Shown: one piece after another, positions 13,645-24,545 of the stretch
How positions within the stretch are numbered: the stretch's first letter is position 1
Layout of the letters: every line of letters starts with the position of its first letter
Source of the DNA: Lama glama
Lineage: Eukaryota
DNA: 64,000 bases
Assembly: GCA_028534125.1 (NCBI GenBank)
Contig: CM052817.1
Span: forward strand, 70,620,001 to 70,684,000
Direction: 5' to 3'
Notes under the pieces: generated by a model
Database searches by the model: none
What the model saw: the letters and a program-made list of their open reading frames with translations, nothing else
What the model was told of the DNA's origin: nothing
Translations under genes and position numbers: made by a program

Positions 13645-13680
13645 CATCAAGCCTTGTTCTCCTAGTTTCCCTGGTTCACC
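13645..13680 (-). CDS. COL25A1: COL25A1 36-nt Gly-X-Y exon, GEPGKLGEQGLM, followed by a GC 5' splice site
   Basis: Minus strand reads ttcttttttaag|GGT GAA CCA GGG AAA CTA GGA GAA CAA GGC TTG ATG|gcaagt. Confidence 0.94.
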
Positions 13681-15991
13681 CTTAAAAAAGAATAGTGATA
13701 ATTTTATTAGTGCTCTAAACAGTAAAAACCAATTTCAATCTTTTTTTTTCCTTTTTCAAAATATCCACTTGGGTTCATGAACGTCAAATATATACTTTTC
13801 AGGCTAACTAGAGGAATGCAAATGCAATGAAAATTAGAGCGAGCTGATATTCTTTCTCCAAATGCATTTTATAAAATTTTAGGATTTAACAAAATGAGTT
13901 CAGATTACAGTAGAGATTTAAGAATTATGCCAAGAAGCTATTTTAAATAAAGCTAGTAGGAGATATTATACTGGAAATGAACAAATGGTCCTAGAAAATT
14001 AATAATGATAATTACAGTAACATTTCATTATTATGTTCTGTTTATGATGACATAAAGATGATGACATGTTCTTTTATGAGAACTCAGAACCGCCACATTA
14101 CAGGAGAGAGAGATAATTGCTCTTAACGCAGGAATTAAATAATAAAATGAGCAGAGATTGATCTTGAACTTTGATCCTCCTGGATTAACAATGGTTGAAG
14201 TAACATGTTTTATTAACATTGATAGAGAAAATTCTGCCATGCCATATTGCTATACTAATTCCTAACACTCAGATTAATACAGAATTCATTATCATGTTTC
14301 ACTGTCATCTTATTATAATGGTAGCCATTGGCTACAGATATTTTTTGGAAAAACTATGCTTGTAATGCCAATATATACAGATGTTGCTGGACTTTATAAA
14401 TAAGTACTTTTCAGTTTATTTTTATAGAATCCTTTTCTAGTGGTTGTGATAGTGCATACAAATTAACTCTAAGACCATAAATCCAGTTCAAATTATATCT
14501 GTGGAATTAAAAAATATTCACGAACCTTTGTAGAGTCATTTCTTACTTAAATGAATAAACTCTATTCCTTTGAAGGGTGGTATGATATTTGGATGTGTTA
14601 CAGTTTGTCATACCTTTTACCTTTGTTTCTTAAAAGTAATTTATGCCTTGAGTTTCCTGTGAGGTATACAATGCCCAAGGATCTGACTGATTTTGTACCA
14701 TCACAGTGGTTTTAACTATTCTTATTTGAAGAAACACTCATTATATCTTTGTTGGCAACCAGCAATCAACTGGAGAGCTTTATGTGTCCTTGAAGCTACA
14801 GCTTTCTCTGTCTCTTGGGGTCTCATCCTGAGAAAATGTGAGATCCTAGAAGGCAGTTTTAGGATGAATCCACTACCTTGGATGGTCCAGTGAAACCAGT
14901 CCTAACAACCAGCAGATCATGTGGAAAGTCAATTCCTTATTTCACATGACAAATTTATAGCAGCTTTAAGGGTGGGTGGGGGAGGGGCTTATAAAAAGTT
15001 TTGTCTCAGAAAAGTTTTGAAGTACCCTATATACTTAGAAAAGAATCACTCAAAATACATAAATATAGGAATATAAAATGAAATATACCAAAACATTAAT
15101 GACTATGGCTGATTTTTTTCTTTTCTAGTTGTCTTTATTTTCAAGTTTTTCTACTTTGTAGATAAATAATTTCATTACTACTTTTGTATTACAAAAACAC
15201 TACTGAAAATAATTTAAGTTAAAGCAATACATTAAATAATTTAATTAAGCAATAAACCTGAATTTCGAGTCCTAAAGTCATAATTGAAGTGTACAAATTT
15301 TTGACATTTTCCATGTATTTCTTTAAATTGCTGAGTTGCCTCTAACAAACCAAACCACTTATCTAGTGTCCTCTGTCACTCTATTATTGACACTTGGCCA
15401 ATCTTAGTAACTAAGTAACTTGAATCTAAGTGTTGAGATCATTTTTAAGTCATTTCTATTAATAAACTTCACATATGAAGGACAAATGATATTCAAACCA
15501 TACCCATTGATGTTTTAACCATTAATTTTACTGTTTTATCAGCAATTTAGCGGGTCAAGTTACTTACAAGGGAATACATAGTAGAAAGACTTACCTCTTT
15601 TACTTTCCATAAATTGCATGGGACTATATTGTCTCTGTTATTGATCCTTTGGAAAATGTTATCAGTCTCCCACCTAGTTTTACACCAAAGGCACTGAGGT
15701 ACACTATGGTACTCAGGTCACAAGTGAGACCAGTCACCTCCAATGGAAGACTTCTTGATCCAGGTCAGTTGCTGTCTCCAGGCCTCTCTTTGTGGTTGGC
15801 GTGGGTGCCCCATGGGGTGGGTGGTAAAGCAGAATCCTTCTGGCAGTGCCTCCTGTGCTTGGGGACTTTCTTATCATCCCACTTCCCTCAACCCACTCCA
15901 CTCTGCCTCACCTCCCCCAACTCCATCCCAATTCTCAGCACTTAAAATGAAACAAAACCCATGAGAACAACTGATTCAAAAAGCAACTCAC

Positions 15992-16099
15992 GGGCACTCC
16001 TGGCATTCCGCGGGGGCCGTCCTTCCCTGTGTCCCCAGGAGGCCCTCTAGGGCCTGGAGGGCCTGGAGGGCCTGGGGGCCCCGCCTGTCCTTGGTCGCC
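15992..16099 (-). CDS. COL25A1: COL25A1 108-nt Gly-X-Y exon, [36 protein letters not shown] (start of COL2)
   Basis: Minus strand reads cctcctccactgtag|GGC GAC CAA GGA ... GGA GTG CCC|gtgagt; 12 perfect Gly-X-Y triplets. Confidence 0.98.
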
Positions 16100-16848
16100 C
16101 TACAGTGGAGGAGGGGACAGACCAACAATAACCATGAAAGGTAAAGACCCAGGTCTTCTTTTCAACACTTTAAATTGTATTATCTAATCCACATTTACAC
16201 TATGAAAAGAACCAGAACAACCAGAAACGTAAAGGCTGTAGGCAATTTGCTTGCCAGCGGGGAGCAAATAAATATTCATGCTGGTGAGCGGGGCAGACGC
16301 TGTTAACATCAAAGCCGCTCAGAAACCAGCACTCCCAGCTCTTGGAAACAGTGTGTGTGTTATCATCACACTCAGAGCCGGTAGAAAACTTTTGCATAAT
16401 TTTATCCATGACAATGCTGCATCAGTTATATTCATCTTGCTTAGCAAAGTGGCTGCATTTATAGTCGGACAAATATTTACTTTTTCATAACCTATAAAAT
16501 TAAGCATACAAGGCTCTTGTCATGCTGCGTAATAATTTATAAATTACTGAAGCTAGAGAGCTTAGAGACTGGATCTATCACTGGATATAACTTTTAAGCT
16601 TTTTTTTTTTTTGGTTTGTTTAAGAAAAAATTAGATAGGCTTTCTCTACCTATTGATTTTGATATTTTCATATATATTTCAAACAGTTGCAGCTCATTAG
16701 GCATAATTTTGCTCTAGGATATTTTAAGATAAATGCCCACTGCCCACACCCCATCCCTTCCCATGAGAGGTAAACGGCAAAGCAACAGTATACAGAGTAA
16801 AAATTGAATGCAAAGGAGAAATCAGACTTGAGCAAGAATAAGCACTAC

Positions 16849-16920
16849 CTTAATCAGGCGGCGTTTAATGAGCTGCTGATCAGCAGAGAGAAACCCATGA
16901 TTGATTTTAGGAAACACCAT
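16849..16920 (-). CDS. COL25A1: COL25A1 NC2 exon (72 nt), MVFPKINHGFLSADQQLIKRRLIK
   Basis: Minus strand reads cctcacctgactgatcag|ATG GTG TTT CCT AAA ... AAA CGC CGC CTG ATT AAG|gtagtg; matches human NC2 as recalled. Confidence 0.97.
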
Positions 16921-17674
16921 CTGATCAGTCAGGTGAGGTCAAAGGTTGGAGTTCAGAGATGAGAGAGTTGAAGAATAGGCATCAGAAGGCCCCAAGAAAG
17001 AAATAAAGATACACATTAGACTTGTAATAACCATCAAACAAAACAGAACTGGCACTTGTGTCTGACATAAGACCCTCTGGCTCTTCTTGAAAGGAATACA
17101 AACCTTGAAACGGGAAGGTGGGACCAGATTTTTAGTTAGAAATGAATCTTTTTTGCTGTGGGTGTTGGGCCTTTTTAGTGCCATGTATTAAAGAAGCAGG
17201 TAACCTTGCATCACCCGCCTCCTGCACTCTGAGCAGAAAGTCCAGAGACAAAGCGCCAGTTCAATTTCCGTCAGCTCGTCAACCAGCATAATAGGGCACG
17301 AACGCCATGGCCATTTTATTGATGCTGAATTCCGGAGTACTTAGGATTACTTAATTGACTGAAAAATATCACAGAGCACTACCATGCATGCCAATTAAAC
17401 CACCACGGCGTGGCACAGTCCTAGAGAGCTTGCCTGCCGTACCTCATTGCTCCTGCTTGACTTCAACATCCTCCTCTCTTAATATGCTCAGGATTCTTCT
17501 TCTTAATATGCATTTGACCTCATCCATGTAGCTAAGGTCCTAAGTGCCCAATAACCTGATGTTCTGCGTGAGGAAAGGGAGTGACTGGACTCTGCAAGCC
17601 AATTTGGCTATTCTTGCTCACTCTTATGCTGATTGCGGGCTCGGACCGAGCGGGCACGGGTGCCAACCACAAAC

Positions 17675-17734
17675 CTTGACGGTGAGGATCTGATTACTGT
17701 GCAGAGCAGCAACTGTGGGGAAGCCTGGCAGACC
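17675..17734 (-). CDS. COL25A1: COL25A1 alternative NC2 exon (60 nt), GLPGFPTVAALHSNQILTVK
   Basis: Minus strand reads gtgtccatag|GGT CTG CCA GGC TTC CCC ACA GTT GCT GCT CTG CAC AGT AAT CAG ATC CTC ACC GTC AAG|gtttgt. It is open, phase 0/0, begins with two Gly-X-Y triplets, and resembles the alternatively spliced COL13A1 NC2 segment (…PAALRSSQIIALK, recalled). Confidence 0.88.
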
Positions 17735-19892
17735 CTATGGACACGGCACAGCACCAAAACAACACGACACAAAACGTCACACAGACATTCCACTGGCGGA
17801 CAAACAAAACAAGCATGTACCTAATGCCACCCCATCCCGGCTCTAAGTCTTGCCTCGTTTGACACACCCTAAACAAAACCAGACGCATGAAGCCCCCAAG
17901 CCAAACGCATTCCTTTTAGGGAATGATCAGGCCGAGAACTCAGGTACATCGGGCTCCATGCATAGACCCTTAAGATTTCTGGACTCTTACAAACAAAATG
18001 TTAGTACAAAATGGAGATAACTGCAGACTCTGTTATAAACACAACACTGTAATTTCCCTCTCTTCAGATTCTGTTTACGACTCAGGACATACAATACATG
18101 TATTAAATCTTTTTCTGGACAACAGTGAACAGTATTTTGCAGTCAGATCAGACGTATTCCTCAGAAGAAATGCAGTATGCCTCATAAAATAGAATTTTAC
18201 CACCCACACATCAAAATTTCTCTCTCAAATCATGTGATGAGTCTCAGGTCTTTCCTGTTTCAGGAATTCCTGCAGAGGTGGCAGATGGAAACCTGTCTCT
18301 TATAACATGCGGATTCCATGTCAGAGGGATTTATGGTCATACTCTGCAGTAATCACTTGTGTCACGTAACTTTTCTGAAAGAACTTGACAGTTCACACAC
18401 CCCCTTGAAGCAGAAAAGTGGTTTAGAATTTCCTCACCGAGGAGAAGATGGGAGAGATGGTACTTCCCCAGCTTGTACTAACTCGTCCCCACAGGCATTA
18501 TCAATCGTGTGGGTCAGAGAGAGAAATTTTGCCTGTGTTCTCTTTCTTTCCCAACAACGTGTGATTATCAGAGCCTTTTCTTCCAATTTTTTCCCCAAAC
18601 TGAATACGTTTACCGTACAAAAAACCAAATAGCAACCACAGCAATACATGACCTCGAGTGTCCGCAGGCTTCCCTCCTGTGTTTTCTCCTCCCCGCTTTC
18701 CTTCCCCCTTTCCCTCTCAAATCTATTTTGAGGATATATTTAGAAAAAGCCAGAAATTTTCTTGTCTTTAAATTTCATTAGTTCTAGTATATTTTTCTCC
18801 CTTTTTGCCCCTTATTAGGGATATATTTTTCTTTTTAAGAGAGCCAAGAAAATTATGTTTGTAGTTGGAGGCACCTCTTCAGCCATAATGCCTTTGACTC
18901 TTGTTCTTTAGAGCTGGGACTTCTCAGGAGGCAAAGCTGAGGGAATCTCAACCCTTTTGCCAAATCCTTTCTGATAAGGCTATGAAGAGGCCGGACAGTT
19001 TTGAGGTGACCTGTACCCTCTTTTTCTTCTCCCCAAGCAAAAGTGCCTTAAACATTGACTCTCCACCAATTCAGAAACGCTGCAAGTTGGAAAACAGATG
19101 TGTACAATTTGCTTTTGTTTTACTATGGAATATGAGTTTGAAATGTTATTAGATGGTGATGTGCCAGCATCTTTCCATCTGTGACTCATTAGCCCTATAT
19201 TACACAGTCAGAATTTTATATATAAACCTCATATTTATGTAACAAAGAACAAAAACAGATACAAACAAGAAGTCTATGAGGGATCAGAATCTTGATTAGT
19301 GGCGATAAATCAGTGTCACTTGAAACAGGATTATCTAACAAAAATCATTTAAAAGTAAAAACCTTTTAACAGCACACATGGCAGGCCTTACAAAAGTTTT
19401 GCAATTTGCATGTATAAATAAGTCACTTCTCGTACTCATATCTGAGCATGACCAGCCTGCTCACACACACATCCAAAAAACCCCATGAAGTTCTAGAATT
19501 TAGTTTGGCTTCCAGTGCTAATGAGACCTAAGGAGAGAATTGGGTAGGTAATGCTCATCTCAGATAGATCCTTTTTCTCAAACAGAAAATCTCTGTTTGA
19601 GGAAGCTGATTTTATAGTCCTCAATCATCTTAACTGTGGACATGTTACCAGTAGGTGCTTAGACAAACATTCTAAAGATTCACTAGTGAGCCAGCCAAAA
19701 AGACTTCAGGAGTTTACATGCAGCAAAATAGAAAGGGGACAGTTGGACAAATTCTTCTAAATTCTAACAAAAATCCCACGGCCTGGGTGCTTTTTCAAAC
19801 TATGGTAACGTTTGAACAAGGGCATATGCCAGTGTCCTGGGGAGCGTTTAAACACAATAATAAATATGGTACCTCTTCCTTAAGAGTCCATT

Positions 19893-19980
19893 ATTTTTCA
19901 ATAGAGGTCCTGGGGATTAAACCCAGGACCTCGTGCATGGTAAGCATGCACTGTGCCACTGAGCTATACTCACCTCCCTG
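19893..19980 (-). mobile_element. tRNA-derived camelid SINE (Vic-1-like), short form
   Basis: Reverse complement has A-box (tagctcagtgg) and B-box-like (gggtttaatccc) motifs and an A-rich tail; flanking direct repeat gagtccatt at 19884-19892 and 19981-19989. Confidence 0.85.
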
Positions 19981-21009
19981 GAGTCCATTTTAATTGATGA
20001 TACATAACTTGAAGTCTTTTTTTATATAAAGCAAACATTGACATAACTTGGGGTAGAATGCAAAACTTGCACAAACCTTTAAAAATGTTACTGTTTGATG
20101 GTGGTACAGAACCTCACCTCACGGGGGCTACCTCCAGATCGCACAGAGACACTGAAGCGACTCTGCTCCCTGTAGGTGGTCTTTGGAGGATAAGCTTGAA
20201 AAGCATCGGTGCTGAGAATTTGTCTGTGTGTCTAGGCTCTGCGTGGCCATAACTGCCAGGCTGCCCTTGCTGTTCACACAGGGAGTGAGCTTTTTCATTA
20301 ACCATGCCATTTTTTCCAGTATCATTCGTCATAGTCCTTTCTAAATAAATGGAATGGACATATTTCACTTGGTTTTACATCTCGGAAAACTTGCCTGGTA
20401 CACAGATGGTTCGAGTGGGTGTGGAAAAAAAAAGTGTCTCCAGAAAAACACGGAGACAGAGTCCAGGAATAAGCTGAAATACTGAAATAATTTGTATGTA
20501 TTTTCACCCCCAAATATTTTGAGTTCTTAAGAAACTGGATATACAAGAGGATAAAACTGCTTTATCCTTAGCATGAAGACCCAGATAACTTCACGAATCC
20601 TCCCCATGTTCTGTGAAGTAGGTAACCATCCAGGACCAGTGTTTTAACATCATTACAGGAGGAATTCTATCTCCCTTCACTGCCTTTTGGAAGGAAAGTT
20701 GCTGGCCTACCCCAAAGGGACATTGAACAAATAAATAATTCATAAGAAATGCTTCTAACTACTTCAGACCATAAATTAAAGATGTTATCGTCATTTTTAT
20801 CGTATACTCAGTAATGATGAGTGTTATATGATTACATTATAGTGAGAAAATCTCATGTTTTGTCAAAAATATTCAATAGGGCACTGAGAAAGCCAGAAAC
20901 TTAATCCAGGAGTTCTAATTCCAGACGTTGTCATCATGAAATTTATGTGTTTATAATTTCTTTCTATTTGTTTTATAGCTTAAACACTAGAAAGCTTAAA
21001 AATTGACTA

Positions 21010-21810
21010 ACATACAACAATATTTAAGAAGTATTTACTGAATGCCTTCTGTGCAGGCTTTACTAGGCCAGGCCCTGGGGATTGAACGGTGAGCTAGACC
21101 CCTAGCTCACAGGGTTTAACGTGTGGTGGGGAAAAGGTTAAAATAAGCAGGCAGTAACGATCATTAGTGACCCCATTATGATGGAGAAGGGGAAGGGCTG
21201 CACAGAAGTAAAACATGCACCTAGTGTGAGGTTCCAAGAACTCTGGAAGACCCCCTAGCCAGGTGAATGAGGGGATGGGGGCCGGCACAGCAACAGTAGA
21301 ACCAAAGAAAGAACATTCAGGGAAAGGTTACAGTAGTCTAGCTGAGGGACAGTGTCCTAGAACTAGAGGAGGACAAATGCATAGTTTCCTGCGATATTTA
21401 GGAGGTAGGATTCATGGGACTTGCAGCTTGGCTGGGAACATAAGGGAGAAAGAGGAGCAGAGGGCAGTCCCAGGTTTCTAGCTTGAACAGTGGAAGGATG
21501 GTAGGGGAACACTAGTACGCAGGGGACTTTCTGGGGGCAGGCGGGTGGTTTCAGATGATGAATTCAGTTAGCTTGCTGAATGTGAGGTGTTTATGGACAG
21601 CCAAGGGGCCACCGTTGGATATGCGTTTAAAAAGTCAGGAGAGAGGTGGGAGCCACAAATCACGGGGCCGCATGGAGTCACCTCGGGAGGCTGTAGAGAG
21701 AACAGACCTAGGAGGGGACCCTTGGAAAGACTCTGACTTAAGGGATGATCAGAGGAAGAGGCAACTACAAAAAGGGTTAATAGAAAGTGGCTGTAGAAAC
21801 AGGAAGAATG
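21010..21810 (-). mobile_element. L2 relic
   Basis: gtatttactgaatgccttctgtgcaggc...cccaggtttctagcttgaacagtggaaggatgg. Confidence 0.65.
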
Positions 21811-23269
21811 CCAACTCTCCTCACAAAAATTCTACACAGGCGAATGACTCAAAATGTTAGACACATACTTGACTTCACTGTTTATTGCACCATTAATTGT
21901 GCCGAATAAATGTACATAAATGACCCAGAGTAAGAAAAGGCAAACAATGGCCAATGTCACTGATAATGGATGCTCACTAATAAGCATGTGGGAGTGTCCC
22001 TGAGATGGTAGAGGTCTGGAGGAAAAAATAAACAATCATTTTAATCACAAAGGTGGTTAAGGGGCCCCAACGGCAAATCGTATTGGAAGAAAAGATACGT
22101 GTTATGCTGAGAAATAAGAATCCCTGAGTTTCTCCATAATATAAACAGTATCATAATTCTGTTTGCCCAAAATATATCATGCATTGCAATACAGCCATTA
22201 CAGTGAGTATGTGTGCAGCATAAATAAAGACGAATATTCCTAGAAGTTGATAAAATGATTTCTAACTAAGAGAGACCAGATGGGGAAATATTCAAATAGA
22301 ATGCAAAAATATTTAGGTAAAAGAATAACTTTAGTTTAATAGCAGGAACTCTTAGAAGGCTAAATAAGGGGAAAAAATTAAGAGAAAGAGAAAGAAATTT
22401 GCTGCTAAATCATTCCATATTGCAGTAGATGGTATAATCTATCTGAATAGAAAAATCAACTGTATGAAGCTAAATAGCTAAATGAATCCTTTGAACAACC
22501 AAATAATATGAGCAGTGGAGCCTGTGAGAATCAGAATTTATAGCTGACTGAAAAATGCTGTCTTATGATGATTATGGAAGGAATAAACTCTCTAGTTAAA
22601 CAAAATACTTGGCTCAAAAAGTTAATTTTTCTTTTTTATAGATACTTGAAAGTCCCATGCTATTGTGTTCTATCATGAATGTTAACCCCAGTCACTCCAG
22701 GAATTACCTTTTTATATGTAAATGATAAAGGTGAATTCATAAATAATTGCTGAGAGAAGGAGAACAATGCAATCTCTACAGAGACAAAGTCATGTCATTA
22801 AATACTATATCTACTGTAATGCTAAGGAAGCAAAGGCAAACTGCAAAGGACCCATGCTACAAATAAGCAGAAAGATGGCGGATAAACTCCACCGCTGACA
22901 AGTTAAAGAATTAGAAAAACTACATGAATTACACATACTGAGAAAGGCTCTCCCTGTTACATACGATCTAAGAAGGGATTCTGGGGGGGTGTCAGGTTTC
23001 CTAAGGACGTACAGCTAAGAAATGCCAACAAAAGATGTGACCCTGAGAAAAGAAGTAGGATTCCTGGAGAAGTACTGCCCCAGCCTGATGGAACCAGAGT
23101 AGTGTAGGTGTGGGATAGAAGGAAGAAAAATAAAACAACCTCGCAGTATGGGAGATTGTGCAAAAATAACATTGTATAAATTTTATGTATATAGACTTTG
23201 CTATCTTTGGACCAGTCTTGTCTTAGGGTTTCTTAATAATAATGAGATAACAAATAGTGATGATGATGT

Positions 23270-23490
23270 TACTGATAGTGGTCAACAGTCATATGACACT
23301 TACTATGTTCCTGGTATAGTTCCAAGAGCTTTATAAATGTTAACTCTTTTGATCCTGACAACAACTATTTGACAGATGAGGAATTGGAGGCACAAAGAGG
23401 TTATGGGTTTCACACACCTAACTGTAAGTAGCAGAGTCAAGATTCACAACCTGGCCATCTGCTCCGGAGTCCACCTTCTTAGCCATTAGG
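23270..23490 (-). mobile_element. MIR
   Basis: acttactatgttcctggtatagttccaagagc...gacagatgaggaattggaggcacaaagaggtta. Confidence 0.75.
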
Positions 23491-23524
23491 TTTTCCATAA
23501 ATCCTTCATGGTCTCTGAATTTCA

Positions 23525-24545
23525 TTCCTATTTATTCATTCACTTATTCAAGAAGAATTTATACTACTATAAGAATTTATGTTAACTATAAAAAGGGAAT
23601 ATTTGGACATTGAGATCAGAAAGCCTTATCCCAGGCTTCATAGAGCTTAGACTATAACCGAGAAAGGCAGACATTAAACAAGTAATTACAAATGAGACTG
23701 GGATCTCTTTTCATACACCTATCTATGCTTTTTCTCTCATACTCTTCCATTTCCTTTGCCTCTCAATCAAGCTCTTTGTTGGCCGTCTGCTATTGCCTCA
23801 GAAAAGGTATGAGACGGCAGGATGGAAAACAAAACTTGTTTGCTAACATAGCTAGAAACCAAAAATATCTAGGAAAGTATGTCCCCAAACTGAAAGAGAG
23901 GAAGAAATCTGTGGTCTCCAAGAGCAGAGGGAGCCTAAACCCTCCTTTCCAGCAGCACCTTCCAGGAAGACAATATCTCAAAGAAGAAATGGCTATGTGA
24001 CATGTCTAGATGCACAAGATCAGGGGCAGCCTTACAAATGCGTTCTCAGTATGAAGTGTAGCACAGAAACAGCAGAGAGTTCCCCATGTCCCAGAGATGC
24101 AGCAGTGACACACTGTCTCTGAAGGGCCATGCAGGTTAGCCAGGCCACGCTGCCTTCTCAGCAGCAAACTGTGTGGACTGGCAACAGAAGACCGGGTGCC
24201 TCTCTATTCCCACCTCCTGACCTTTTGATGCTACAAGACCCCAGGAATGTGAATCGATCCAAAAGGAGGAAGAAAGTGTGGAAATCCCAAGAAGACTGAT
24301 GTTTGTTGTTTTGTCAGCTCAGAAGAATGGAGGTTTAGATTCAGAAGTCAAATTGTTATAGAAAATTAAGTTATATTTCATCTGAGTTCTTGGACTGGGA
24401 GTCATATTCCCAATGTGAACACGATGACTGTTAACAAGACAAAAGCTATGAGAGTGCACAGCAAGGAGACCTGACCGAAGTCAGCCGGTCCGGGAGGACT
24501 TCTCCAGGGAAGTGATGTTTAAGTGGAGACCTGCAGAATGAAGTA
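23525..24545 (-). mobile_element. L2 relic split by a ~740-bp LTR-like insert (~23693-24436)
   Basis: L2 text stops at acattaaacaagtaattacaaa and resumes at agctatgagagtgcacagcaagg...gggaagtgatgtttaagtggagacctg; the intervening segment begins TG and ends CA. Confidence 0.5.

Noticed and set aside
15595..15673. 79-nt minus-strand exon candidate with a perfect GAG|gtaagt donor
   Set aside because: The acceptor lacks a pyrimidine tract (ggtgtaaaactag) and it stops at codon 4 in phase 0; likely an orphan donor.
16040..16080. gggcctgga tandem repeats as an array
   Set aside because: Simply the Gly-Pro-Pro codons of the 108-nt exon; there is no CRISPR-like structure anywhere in the window.
18438..18530. 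Donor TCG|gtgagg with an upstream pyrimidine tract as a fifth NC2 cassette
   Set aside because: The pyrimidine tract ends in ACG rather than AG, and the nearest AGs have poor context.
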